Source of the DNA: an uncultured Leptospirales bacterium
Lineage (GTDB): Bacteria > Spirochaetota > UBA4802 > UBA5550
Direction of reading: 5' to 3'
Length of the DNA: 64,000 nt
Assembly (NCBI GenBank): GCA_964645775.1
Contig: CAZYBU010000008.1
Coordinates: 2,957-66,956, forward strand
A program made the translations under genes and the position numbers. The notes beneath the pieces are model-generated. The model did no database searches. It was given only the letters and a program-made list of their open reading frames with translations, and had not been told where the DNA came from. Below, in pieces: positions 29,525-38,719 of the stretch; the first letter of the stretch is position 1, and each line of letters opens with the position of its first letter.

Positions 29525-30754
29525 TCAGACCGTGAGCATAAGCGCTTCGCCCTGGGAGAGACCTCCGCATATTGCGGCCACGCCTCTTCCTCCGCCCCTG
29601 CGCATAAGCTCGTACATCAGGGTCATGGTTATACGTGCGCCGCTGGCGCCCACCGGATGGCCGATGGCAATGGCGCCGCCGTTCACGTTTGTCTTCTCCT
29701 TGAGGAGATCCATCTTCTTCCGGTCTCTGCCCGCCAGTTCCTTGAGGGAGACCAGGGTAACGGCCGCGAAGGCCTCATTTATCTCGATAAGGTCGATATC
29801 ATCGATAGTTGAACCGGCCCGGGAAAGCATCTTATCAATGGCCTGGGCCGGAACGCAGGCCATGTACTTGGGGGAACCGGCCGCGGCCTGGGTATAGTCA
29901 ACCCTGGCCAGGGGCTCCAATCCCTTCTCCTCAGCCTTCTTCCGCGACATGAGAACGATGGCCGAGGCCCCGGAGTTCATGCCCGGAGCGTTGCCGGCCG
30001 TTACTGTTGGGCTTCCGTACACAGGTTTAAGGCGGGCCAGCTTCTCCATGCTGGAGTCTTCCCTGGGCGACTCGTCCCGGTCCATGACAACAGGGTCACC
30101 CTTTCTCCGGGGTGCCTCACAGGTCATCATCTCCTCGCCTACCTTGAACTTCCCGGCTTCAAATGCCTGGAACCATCTCCGGTGGCTTCCCATGGCCCAC
30201 TCGTCCTGTTCCTCGCGGGAGACATCGTACTCAACGGCCACTTCCCCCGCGTCCGTTGCCACGGGAGCGAATCCCCGGCGTCCGTAACCCAGTTCAAAGA
30301 GGACATCCTCCAGAGGCATGTGTCCCAGACGGGACCCCCACCTTGCCTTCTCAGCCGGGGCAATAAGGGCAGCGTTACCCATGTTCTCCGCGCCGGAAGC
30401 GATAACTATCTCCGCGTTCCCGGAACGGATCGACTGGTACCCCAGGCGCATTGCCGTCATGGATGAACAGCAGGCCCGGTCAAGGGTAAGGGAGATGTTA
30501 TCATCAGGAAAACCGGCGCCAAGGGTTATCTGCCGCGCCGGCACGTTAGTGTAGAGGGAGTACTCGGCCGGGATACAGGTCCCGTAGTAGACCTCGTCCA
30601 CCTCGCTCTTATCCAGGTTTATGCGTTCGGTCACTTCCTTCAGAGTTGCGATACTGAGATCAAAGCTCAGAACATTCTTTAATACTCCGTCAAACTTCCC
30701 GAAAGGGGTCCGAACCGCGCTTACGATAACAACATCATCAGGGTTTGTGCTCAT
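29525..30754 (-). CDS. acetyl-CoA C-acyltransferase (thiolase II, catalytically complete)
   Basis: Nucleophile Cys (RACCSSMTAM), GHPVGASG and CGGLSQG C-terminal motifs. Confidence 0.85.
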   Translation of the reverse strand: MSTNPDDVVIVSAVRTPFGKFDGVLKNVLSFDLSIATLKEVTERINLDKSEVDEVYYGTCIPAEYSLYTNVPARQITLGAGFPDDNISLTLDRACCSSMTAMRLGYQSIRSGNAEIVIASGAENMGNAALIAPAEKARWGSRLGHMPLEDVLFELGYGRRGFAPVATDAGEVAVEYDVSREEQDEWAMGSHRRWFQAFEAGKFKVGEEMMTCEAPRRKGDPVVMDRDESPREDSSMEKLARLKPVYGSPTVTAGNAPGMNSGASAIVLMSRKKAEEKGLEPLARVDYTQAAAGSPKYMACVPAQAIDKMLSRAGSTIDDIDLIEINEAFAAVTLVSLKELAGRDRKKMDLLKEKTNVNGGAIAIGHPVGASGARITMTLMYELMRRGGGRGVAAICGGLSQGEALMLTV

Positions 30755-30784
30755 ATCATTATTCCTTGTTCGATTTTCCGGTTT

Positions 30785-32302
30785 CTATCGGAAACCGTAG
30801 TCCTTATCCAGGATATCTCCGGCACACAATATCCCTGAAACAATGGCACAGTCCATGGCCACACCGTATCCCCGGGCCGTGTCTCCCGCGAAGAACAGTC
30901 CCTCAACGTGCCTCGAACGTACCGGGAGTTTCTGTGTGCCGGCCTGGGAGATGCTCTTGGCCACGCCTTCCAGCTTCCAGCATACCAGGTCCAGTTTCCA
31001 GTCCACGCTCTCGTTAAAACCGGGGTAAATCTCCTCCATGAAATGGGGGAGTCGATCCACGATCTTACGGACTAAACTCTTATCCAGAGCCTCCTTCTCG
31101 GTAAGGGGGAGATAGGCGGTGTAGAGATATTTCCCTTCCGGGGCCACGGTCGGATCAATGGCGGACTGGATATTCCAGCAGATGTAGACATCGGAATCAA
31201 AGCCTTCTTCTTTGGGAAGGACACAGGTATTCTTGATTCCCATGCGCGCCTCCTCTTCCGGCATAACCAGTTTATTGAGCCCCATGTAGGGAACGTAACT
31301 TCCGTACCCGTACATCGATTCAGTCTTTTTCACCCAATCTTCCGGAAAGAGGGATGGATCGATCATCTTGAAGGTAAGCTGGCCCGGCACGTTGCTGACC
31401 ACCCGGCCTGTGCCGATGGTTTTATCTCCTTCGGGCGTCTCGACCCGGACACCGGTGACCTTCGCATCTTCAACCTCGATCTGCCGCACCTTCGCGTTCA
31501 GCATCAGCTCGCCGCCGAAGGACTCGAACTTGCGGGCCACAGCTTCGGACCATTTCATGGTACCGCCTTCCACGAAGCCTCCCACGTGCCGCAGAACTCC
31601 CTTCGAGAGCTTGGGCTGGAAGGCGTGCTTGAAGTACCGGAAGATATCTCCCATGGAGATGTCTTCCGGGTTATTAATCGTGGAGAAGAGGGTTGCCACC
31701 GTGTGAAGGTGATTATAGATGATTTCGTTTTTTGTTATTCCTTTCTTCTCCGCCCAGTCCCGGAAAGAGACCCCTTCCAATCCGTCGATCTCCTCGTCGG
31801 ACATGGTGTAGGCATCGGAGTAGAAATCGAGGTAGGGTATGCCCTCCTCTTTGGCCATGATCTTCAGCTTCGGGTCGATATTGCTGCCGGCCACGTCCCG
31901 GTAGATCTCGCCCTTGTACCAGGAGGCATAATCGGAACCGTACCGGTTCACATCCTCTATGCCGCCGATCAGTTCCTCGAAGTCCATCATGTATCCTGCA
32001 CCATTGGCGCTCAGAGCGTGGTACCCGATGTCGAGTGTGTAGCCGCGGAGCATGCCGGAGGATACCAGTACCTCTGCCGGGGGCGTGGAGTTGGCAATAT
32101 AGGTGTACTGGCTCTTTAGGATGTTCCTGTACCAGTCCAGGCCCTTATCGGTTATATCATCACCGCTTACGGACAGGGCCCGTCCCCCTACCCGGTCGTT
32201 CTGTTCAACGAGGAGTACCTTTTGCCCCTCCTTTGCCAGAAGAGTGGCCACGGAAAGCCCTCCCACACCGGCACCGATAACTATCGTGTCGTAACTCTTC
32301 AC
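30785..32302 (-). CDS. FAD-dependent oxidoreductase, phytoene desaturase (CrtI) family
   Basis: N-terminal GAGVGGL...EQNDRVGGRA dinucleotide-binding motif. 505 aa with CrtI-like length and architecture. Confidence 0.8.
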   Translation of the reverse strand: MKSYDTIVIGAGVGGLSVATLLAKEGQKVLLVEQNDRVGGRALSVSGDDITDKGLDWYRNILKSQYTYIANSTPPAEVLVSSGMLRGYTLDIGYHALSANGAGYMMDFEELIGGIEDVNRYGSDYASWYKGEIYRDVAGSNIDPKLKIMAKEEGIPYLDFYSDAYTMSDEEIDGLEGVSFRDWAEKKGITKNEIIYNHLHTVATLFSTINNPEDISMGDIFRYFKHAFQPKLSKGVLRHVGGFVEGGTMKWSEAVARKFESFGGELMLNAKVRQIEVEDAKVTGVRVETPEGDKTIGTGRVVSNVPGQLTFKMIDPSLFPEDWVKKTESMYGYGSYVPYMGLNKLVMPEEEARMGIKNTCVLPKEEGFDSDVYICWNIQSAIDPTVAPEGKYLYTAYLPLTEKEALDKSLVRKIVDRLPHFMEEIYPGFNESVDWKLDLVCWKLEGVAKSISQAGTQKLPVRSRHVEGLFFAGDTARGYGVAMDCAIVSGILCAGDILDKDYGFR

Positions 32303-32326
32303 CGTCTTCTTCCTCCTCTTCGATTC

Positions 32327-33352
32327 TTAGAGAATGACGTATTCATGCAGCATTTCTCCCGTTACCCGGTCTTCTTCTCCATCTATCACCAGATCGAGGG
32401 TATAGTCCGCCAGGAAGCGGTAATAGTACATGTCCCATTCCGCCCGTTTCGGCAGGGTCATCTGTTCTACCACCCTGTGAGTCCTGATATCGAGTTTCAT
32501 AGTAACTCCCAGGGTATCGGTGCTGCAAACCAGGCGGTTCGGGTACTCCTGACCCAGACTCTCGTCCTTTACCATGTCATGGAAGTCGATCTCCATCCTG
32601 TCCGTGGAGAGCTCGATCTTCCCGTCCCGGGCTATTAAAAGGGGCGCGCCCGTGGGAGCGTCCTCTTCCCGGGGCAGGACCCATCCCCAGTCGATGGTGT
32701 ATCTCTCGTTATGAATACGGCCCCAGTACCAGCCGCGGTATGTTTTGTAAACATGGTAGTTGCCCCAGTTATGGTCATGGTAGCCGAATCCCTTCACCGG
32801 TATGGTCTCTCCCTTGACATAGAGTTCACCCTCCACGTCTGCCGCGGGCATGGGAACCACCCATCCGGCCACCATGCCACTTTCCTCGTCCTTGTAATTG
32901 AACCCGGTACCCGGCTTCCAGGGAGACACGGTGTTTCGAAAGACCAGGTCAAAGCCGTTACCGTTTATGTCCATAACCACCCGGTAATGGTCTCCCGTGT
33001 CCCGGACGTAGCTTTTATTCATGCGGACATCGCACCAGTTGGGGTTCGCGGAGATGGACTTCGCGTCACAGATCTCGTAGCGGTCCACCCGGGTCCCGTC
33101 AGGCCTGTATACGAAGAACTGGAGCGACGGGATCATGGGATTGAGGAACATGTTCCGGTAATGGTACGTGATGACCAGGTGATAGCCGTTGGTAAAGCCG
33201 GCGTCAAAGTACCACCACTCGTAATACTCCTCGACGTTCTCCTCGTACTTGTGGGAGGCGTCATCCCTCCGGACAAAACCGGTCGGTTTTCTCTCGGCTC
33301 CCCGTTCGCCCTCGAAGTAGGCCAGGTAATTTTTCTTTGACCGTTCATCCAT
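32327..33352 (-). CDS. CrtC/AttH-like lipocalin-fold putative hydratase (tentative)
   Basis: EWWYFDAGF and HDHNWG segments resemble hydroxyneurosporene-synthase/AttH family signatures. Family assignment from memory only. Confidence 0.45.
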   Translation of the reverse strand: MDERSKKNYLAYFEGERGAERKPTGFVRRDDASHKYEENVEEYYEWWYFDAGFTNGYHLVITYHYRNMFLNPMIPSLQFFVYRPDGTRVDRYEICDAKSISANPNWCDVRMNKSYVRDTGDHYRVVMDINGNGFDLVFRNTVSPWKPGTGFNYKDEESGMVAGWVVPMPAADVEGELYVKGETIPVKGFGYHDHNWGNYHVYKTYRGWYWGRIHNERYTIDWGWVLPREEDAPTGAPLLIARDGKIELSTDRMEIDFHDMVKDESLGQEYPNRLVCSTDTLGVTMKLDIRTHRVVEQMTLPKRAEWDMYYYRFLADYTLDLVIDGEEDRVTGEMLHEYVIL

Positions 33353-33362
33353 TTCTCCTCCC

Positions 33363-33818
33363 TCACTCCGGCCGGAAATGCTTTATATCCAGGATATTGC
33401 CCTGACGGTCCTCCTCGAAAACAGCACGGACCCTCATCCCGATCTTCATCTGGCTGTAATCCACCTCGTCCACGAAATGGGTGATACCGGTATCCGCGCC
33501 ATCCAGCTTGACAACCGCGTAGATGAAGGGCGCTTTTCTGGGTATGTGAGGCTCGTCGTAATGGACCCGGGTGAAGGTCTCCACTGTTCCTCCGGGACCC
33601 ACCTCGATCATATCATCCAGGGACATGGTGGTGTAAGTCTCCTGGCAGGTCTCCCTGGGGGGCCAGTAGACCTTTCCTTTATTGTTTTTCGTAGCCAGGA
33701 TCTTCTTCTCGTCCCGCAACGCCCTGAAAAAAGCAGAACCGACAATCCCGGCATAGTAGTTACACTTTACCTTGATCCGCTGATCATATTCCATGGGAGG
33801 ATAGTAGCTTTCGTTCAT
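33363..33818 (-). CDS. DUF35-like OB-fold protein with degenerate zinc ribbon
   Basis: OB-fold region aligns with neighbouring DUF35 proteins (VETFTRVHY...GMRVRAVFE). Only two Cys where the ribbon should be (KVKCNYY, RETCQE). Confidence 0.55.
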   Translation of the reverse strand: MNESYYPPMEYDQRIKVKCNYYAGIVGSAFFRALRDEKKILATKNNKGKVYWPPRETCQETYTTMSLDDMIEVGPGGTVETFTRVHYDEPHIPRKAPFIYAVVKLDGADTGITHFVDEVDYSQMKIGMRVRAVFEEDRQGNILDIKHFRPE

Positions 33819-33821
33819 GGC

Positions 33822-34340
33822 TCACTCCTTATCCTTGTTCGGTTTTTCCTGGCCGGGAAGGGGATCAAAGTACCTGATGTCGGAAAGGTCCCCTTTTCTC
33901 ATGTCATCGGGATGAAAAACCGGTCTTACCCTCATGCCGACCCATAGCTTGTTGAACTCCGGTTCCATGTTCAGAAAATGATCAATGGAACTGTCGCATC
34001 CGTCCAGATGCACCGTGCAGTAAACAAAGGGGGGCTCATGGGGCTCTCCCGTTGTAGGGTCAGTCAGGGGAATGTACATGATCTGGTACGCACTGACCGA
34101 ACCTTCCGGGCCCACTTCCACCCATCCTTCATTTTGGACGTGACAGGTTGCGCAGACCACCCTGGGTGGAAGCTGTACACGCCCGCATTTTGGACAGCGG
34201 ATGGCAAAGAACCGCTTGTTCTCCTTGAGCTCGTACAGGAATTTTCCCATGTTCGGCCCCGCCGCGAAACGGTAGGGGACATCAACGATCAGGGGTATAT
34301 GAATAAGATCCTCTTCATGGATGTTCTCTTCAGATGCCAT
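33822..34340 (-). CDS. DUF35 Zn-ribbon/OB-fold protein
   Basis: CPKCGRVQLPPRVVCATC ribbon. Start moved to ATG 34340 (MASEENIHEE) with GAGGAGG SD. Lies 11 nt after the upstream gene's stop. Confidence 0.75.
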   Translation of the reverse strand: MASEENIHEEDLIHIPLIVDVPYRFAAGPNMGKFLYELKENKRFFAIRCPKCGRVQLPPRVVCATCHVQNEGWVEVGPEGSVSAYQIMYIPLTDPTTGEPHEPPFVYCTVHLDGCDSSIDHFLNMEPEFNKLWVGMRVRPVFHPDDMRKGDLSDIRYFDPLPGQEKPNKDKE

Positions 34341-34350
34341 TTCCGCCTCC

Positions 34351-35541
34351 TCAGTCCTTTGTTCCGTCCGAAAGTGCCGTAAGGGCCGTCCAGCAGGTTC
34401 CGCCGTAGGCCGTGGCCAGGGCCCTGTGTACTTCACCCGGGACCTGGTGATCACCCGCCTCACCCCGAATCTGGAGAACACACTCCCAGATACGGCACAG
34501 GGCCGTGGCACCGATGGCGTTGGTGCAGAGGACCCCACCCGAGGGATTAACCGGTATCTCTCCATCGATCTCGGTCATACCCTTTTCTATGAGCTTCCAG
34601 CCGTCTCCTCTTTCGCAGAGATGCAGGTCCTCGTACCAGACCAGTTCAGCCCAGGTGGCCGGCTCGTAGACCTCGAATACATCAAAATACTCTGCCGGTT
34701 TCTTGACTCCCAGCTTCTTGTAAATCCTTTCCGCAGAGACCTCGGAGAAACGGGGCTTGTCCGAATACATGTCCCTCCAGTTCAGCTCGAACTGTTCGTT
34801 ATGGGAGGTATCCATGGCCCGAATCCAGACCGGTTTTTTTGGTCCTTTTTTCGCCTTCTCTTTTGACTGCACGATAACGGCGCAGGCACCGTTGGAAGCA
34901 GGACACATGTCCAGGAGGCGTATGGGCCAGGCCAGCATGCGCGAGTTCAGGGCGTCCTGTATCCCGATATCGAGCTGGAGGTGGGAGAATTCATTCTTTC
35001 TCCCGTTCTGGCGGGACTTGACAGAGACCATGGCCGAGTGTTCCTCCGTGGCGCCGTACTTCGACATGTAGGTGGAACCCTGCTGGGCAAAGAAACCGAG
35101 CGCGGCACCTGCCGTTGAGCGTCCATAAAGGGGATGAGCGACCCCGCTCAGGATGGCGTTGGTGTCTCCTTCCTCCTGTTTTTCGAATCCGATAACCAGG
35201 ACCGTGTCATAAAGTCCGCTGGCCACAAAATGGGCCCCGGCATGGACCACGGTAGCCCCCACGGTTCCCCCGGTGGTAATCTTCACGCCCGGTTTGCCGT
35301 AATTACCCACGCCGCTGGCCATCCAGCAGTCCGTCATGTAGGTCCCTTCGAAGAATTCCATGTTCCCCTGGACAACGGCGTCCACCTGGTCCATGGTCAA
35401 TTCCGCGTCTTCCAGCGCGGCCCGGACGGCCTCGTTGACCATTTCTATCTGGTTAACGTCATGACGGCGGGCCGCGAACTTTGTCTGTCCTCCGCCGACG
35501 ATGGCAACCTGTCGTTTCATTGAAGCCTCCTTACTTACCAC
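34351..35541 (-). CDS. thiolase-fold protein, Cys-less 'type A'
   Basis: TTGGTVGAT at nucleophile position. C-terminal CTNAIGATA. Paralogous to 26721..27890. Confidence 0.75.
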   Translation of the reverse strand: MVSKEASMKRQVAIVGGGQTKFAARRHDVNQIEMVNEAVRAALEDAELTMDQVDAVVQGNMEFFEGTYMTDCWMASGVGNYGKPGVKITTGGTVGATVVHAGAHFVASGLYDTVLVIGFEKQEEGDTNAILSGVAHPLYGRSTAGAALGFFAQQGSTYMSKYGATEEHSAMVSVKSRQNGRKNEFSHLQLDIGIQDALNSRMLAWPIRLLDMCPASNGACAVIVQSKEKAKKGPKKPVWIRAMDTSHNEQFELNWRDMYSDKPRFSEVSAERIYKKLGVKKPAEYFDVFEVYEPATWAELVWYEDLHLCERGDGWKLIEKGMTEIDGEIPVNPSGGVLCTNAIGATALCRIWECVLQIRGEAGDHQVPGEVHRALATAYGGTCWTALTALSDGTKD

Positions 35542-36679
35542 TCAGTACGATGACGCAGTGATGCTGACCGCAAAACCCGCTGTGTCCCTGGGCCACGGCA
35601 GTCTTCACCCCATCCACCTGGTGCTCACCCGCACGACCGGCCACCTGTCTCCAGGCCTCGGCCACGCAGTTCAGACCCATTACATTGTGGGGGACCCCGG
35701 AGAGAACTCCCCCGGAGGGGTTAACCGGTATCCGGCCATTCAGCATGGTCTCCCCGGAATCGATGAGCTTACCGCCTTCACCGTTTCCACACAGGCCGAG
35801 ACCCTCTGTCCACATCAGCTCCTGGTAAGCGAACTCCTCGTCAACCTCGGCCACGTCTATCTCCCTGGAGGGGTACTGAATACCGGCCATTCCATAGGCC
35901 TGTTTCGCAGCATCCTCCAGGGAAGGAGTACGAGCCAGATCACGGTCTCCCGGATAGTATGCGTCGTAGCTCGTTCCGATACCGGTTACCCAGACCGGGT
36001 TCTTCGTTACCTTTTTCGCTTTCTTCTCTGATGCAAGAATCATGGCGACGGCGCCGTCCGTGTCCGGGGCCATCATCATTTCATGAATTGGTTCAGCCAC
36101 CATGGGAGACTCCAGCACATCCCGGATGGAGTAGTTCCCAAAATTATGTGCATAGGGGTTCCTGGCCCCGTTTGCCAGGTTTTTCTCCACAACCCGGGCC
36201 ACCTGTTCATCAGTTACTCCGAAGTCATGCTGGTACCGTCTCTGCTGCATGGCCGCAGCAGAGGTCCAGTCCAGACCGAGCATTCGGCTGAACAGAGGTT
36301 CCATTCCGTTGTTGCTCACCACGTTTCTCCGGGTGGCTGACATCTTGGTGTGGGCCATGATAAGGGTACAGTCGAACTCCCCGGAGAGTATCCCTATGGT
36401 TCCGTAAAATACGGCGGTGGAACCGTCCATGGCCATCTTCTCCTCGGTGCGAAGGTGCCCACCGATGACATCGGTGATCCCGATATTCGATATGGTCTGG
36501 CCGTCCCATATATCATGGGAACAGCTAATGCTGTTATCGATATCCTTCTCCATCTCCAGACCGGTCTCCTCAAAGACCTGCCGGATAACTTCCCAGCCCA
36601 GTTCCGAGTACTGGGCATCAACCCTCTTTGGGCTGAACCGGGTCTGGGCCACTGCCAGTATAGCTACCCTGTCGGACAT
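35531..36679 (-). CDS. thiolase-fold protein, Cys-less 'type B'
   Basis: DGSTAVFYG at nucleophile position. C-terminal GVPHNVMG. Paralogous to 27887..29029. Its stop overlaps the type A start. Confidence 0.75.
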   Translation of the reverse strand: MSDRVAILAVAQTRFSPKRVDAQYSELGWEVIRQVFEETGLEMEKDIDNSISCSHDIWDGQTISNIGITDVIGGHLRTEEKMAMDGSTAVFYGTIGILSGEFDCTLIMAHTKMSATRRNVVSNNGMEPLFSRMLGLDWTSAAAMQQRRYQHDFGVTDEQVARVVEKNLANGARNPYAHNFGNYSIRDVLESPMVAEPIHEMMMAPDTDGAVAMILASEKKAKKVTKNPVWVTGIGTSYDAYYPGDRDLARTPSLEDAAKQAYGMAGIQYPSREIDVAEVDEEFAYQELMWTEGLGLCGNGEGGKLIDSGETMLNGRIPVNPSGGVLSGVPHNVMGLNCVAEAWRQVAGRAGEHQVDGVKTAVAQGHSGFCGQHHCVIVLSGK

Positions 36680-36688
36680 ATCTTCCCC

Positions 36689-37873
36689 CTATACCCGTTC
36701 AAATATGGTTGCTATTCCCTGGCCACCGCCGATGCAGAGGGTGGCCAGTCCGTATTTACCGCCTGTCCTGTGAAGCTCGTTAATCACGGCAATGGCCAAT
36801 CTTCCGCCCGACATGCCGTTGGGATGTCCGAAAGCTATGGCGCCACCGTGAGGGTTCCACCTCTCAGGGATGACTTTATGACCATTTTTCTCAAGAATCT
36901 TCATCACAGCCAGTGTCTGGGACGCGAAGGCCTCGTTGCACTCCACCACGTCCATCTCTTCAAGGGAGAGTCCGGCCACTTTCAGGGCCTTTTCGCATGC
37001 GTCGACAGGGGCTATACCCATGTACCGGGGCTCCCGTGCGGAAACGGCAGAAGCCACAAACCGGGCCTTAGGAGTAACCTTGAGCTCATCCGCCTTCTCC
37101 TTTGACATCATGAGAACGGCCACTCCGCCGTCATTCATGCCGGAGGAGCTGCCTGCCGTTACGGTTCCATCTTTCTTAAAGGCCGGTTTCAGTTTGGAAA
37201 GTTTTTCCAGGGTCGTCTCTCTGGGGTGCTCGTCCGTATCAAAGATAACGGGGTCCCCCTTTCGTTGAGGAATTTCCACGGGAACAATCTCGTCCCTGAA
37301 CAGCCCCCCATCGATTGCTTCTTTGGCCAGCTGCTGGCTGCGGAGGCCGAACTTGTCCTGCTCTTCCCGGCTGATCTGGAACTCCTCTGCCAGGATCTCT
37401 GCAATAATCCCCATGGGGACATTGGTCTGGTCATCGGGACCGGTCTGCCGGGTGATCCAGGCCGGGGGCGCCAGGGAGAAAGGTGCCTCCTGGCGTTCCA
37501 TCATGTAAGGCTGGCGGCTCCAGGACTCGCATCCGGCGGAGACATAGACATCACCGAATCCGGCCATAATATTGGCCGCCGCGCTGTTAATGGTCTGCAG
37601 GGAGGAACCGCACTGCCTCTCGATGGTTTGGGAGGGAACTGAAATGGGGTATCCTGCCGCCAGCGTTGCCCACCGGCCGATGTTCACGGCAGCGTTATTG
37701 GTGCAGGCGTGGCCCACCAGGATATCGTCCACCAGGGCCGGGTCTATGGTCATCCGTTCCCGCAGGCCCTTAAGCGCGAAGGCGGCCAGCTCCTCGGGCC
37801 GAAAGGTGGATAGGCTTCCCCCCATCCTGCCTATGGCCGTTCTGACTCCGTCTATATACATCACTTCTTTCAT
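36689..37873 (-). CDS. acetyl-CoA C-acyltransferase (thiolase II, catalytically complete)
   Basis: RQCGSSLQ nucleophile, FGHPNGMSG and LCIGGGQG C-terminal motifs. Confidence 0.85.
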   Translation of the reverse strand: MKEVMYIDGVRTAIGRMGGSLSTFRPEELAAFALKGLRERMTIDPALVDDILVGHACTNNAAVNIGRWATLAAGYPISVPSQTIERQCGSSLQTINSAAANIMAGFGDVYVSAGCESWSRQPYMMERQEAPFSLAPPAWITRQTGPDDQTNVPMGIIAEILAEEFQISREEQDKFGLRSQQLAKEAIDGGLFRDEIVPVEIPQRKGDPVIFDTDEHPRETTLEKLSKLKPAFKKDGTVTAGSSSGMNDGGVAVLMMSKEKADELKVTPKARFVASAVSAREPRYMGIAPVDACEKALKVAGLSLEEMDVVECNEAFASQTLAVMKILEKNGHKVIPERWNPHGGAIAFGHPNGMSGGRLAIAVINELHRTGGKYGLATLCIGGGQGIATIFERV

Positions 37874-37898
37874 GATAACTCTCCTTTCTCCCGGTGGG

Positions 37899-37914
37899 AC
37901 CGATAACTATCGGC
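37899..37914. promoter_or_regulatory. 16-bp palindrome ACCGATAACTATCGG(c) in crotonase-thiolase intercistronic gap
   Basis: Inverted 7-bp arms ACCGATA/TATCGG. Overlaps the crotonase stop codon. Ends 25 nt upstream of the thiolase start. Member of a dispersed family (see findings). Confidence 0.4.
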
Positions 37915-38701
37915 CCTTAAAATTAGCCTTCCGTTTCTCGAGGAAGGCGGTCATTCCCTCCGTCTTGTCTTCGGTGCCCATTACCAGTCCAAAGCACATG
38001 GCCTCCATGGCCAGCCCGGTTTTCAGGTCAGCCTGTATGCCGTTATTTATGGCTGTTTTGGCCATGTAGAGGGCAAAGGCCCCCTTGCTGGCGATCTTAT
38101 CTGCGATTTCCTGGACCTTTTCGTCCAGCTGATCGGCGGATACCACATGGTTAAGCATGCCGATATCCATGGCCTCCCGGGCGGAGATATAGTCACCAGT
38201 CATTATAAGTTCCTTGGCCTTTCCCACCCCTATGAGCCTGGGAAGGCGCTGGGTACCACCATAACCGGGGATGATTCCCAGGCGGATCTCGGGGAGGCCA
38301 AATTTAGCCGAGTCAACGGAGACCCGGATGTCGCAGGAGAGGGCCACCTCGGTACCGCCTCCCAGGGCCACGCCATTTATGCGTGCGATAACCGGCTTGG
38401 GAAAGTTTTCAATGTAGGAACAGATGGCCTGGCCGTTAGGAACTTCGTACACGGTCTCCACGTATCCTTCACCAGCATTCATGATGGATATATCCCCACC
38501 GGAGATAAAAGCCTTGTCTCCCGTACCGGTAAGCACAACCACGTGAATCTCATCATCCTTCAGGATGTCTTTTTCAAGGGCATCCTGTATCTCCAGCATG
38601 GTCACATGCCTGATCGCGTTCATTACTTTGGGGCGATCAACAGCTATGGTGGCTACGGCCCCATCCTTCGTTACCCTGATATCTTCATAGCTCATAATCA
38701 T
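37907..38701 (-). CDS. enoyl-CoA hydratase (crotonase family)
   Basis: Crotonase fold with oxyanion-hole segments (AFISGGDI, GVALGGGTEVAL). Confidence 0.85.
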   Translation of the reverse strand: MIMSYEDIRVTKDGAVATIAVDRPKVMNAIRHVTMLEIQDALEKDILKDDEIHVVVLTGTGDKAFISGGDISIMNAGEGYVETVYEVPNGQAICSYIENFPKPVIARINGVALGGGTEVALSCDIRVSVDSAKFGLPEIRLGIIPGYGGTQRLPRLIGVGKAKELIMTGDYISAREAMDIGMLNHVVSADQLDEKVQEIADKIASKGAFALYMAKTAINNGIQADLKTGLAMEAMCFGLVMGTEDKTEGMTAFLEKRKANFKGR

Positions 38702-38719
38702 TCTCCTTAAGAAACGATC

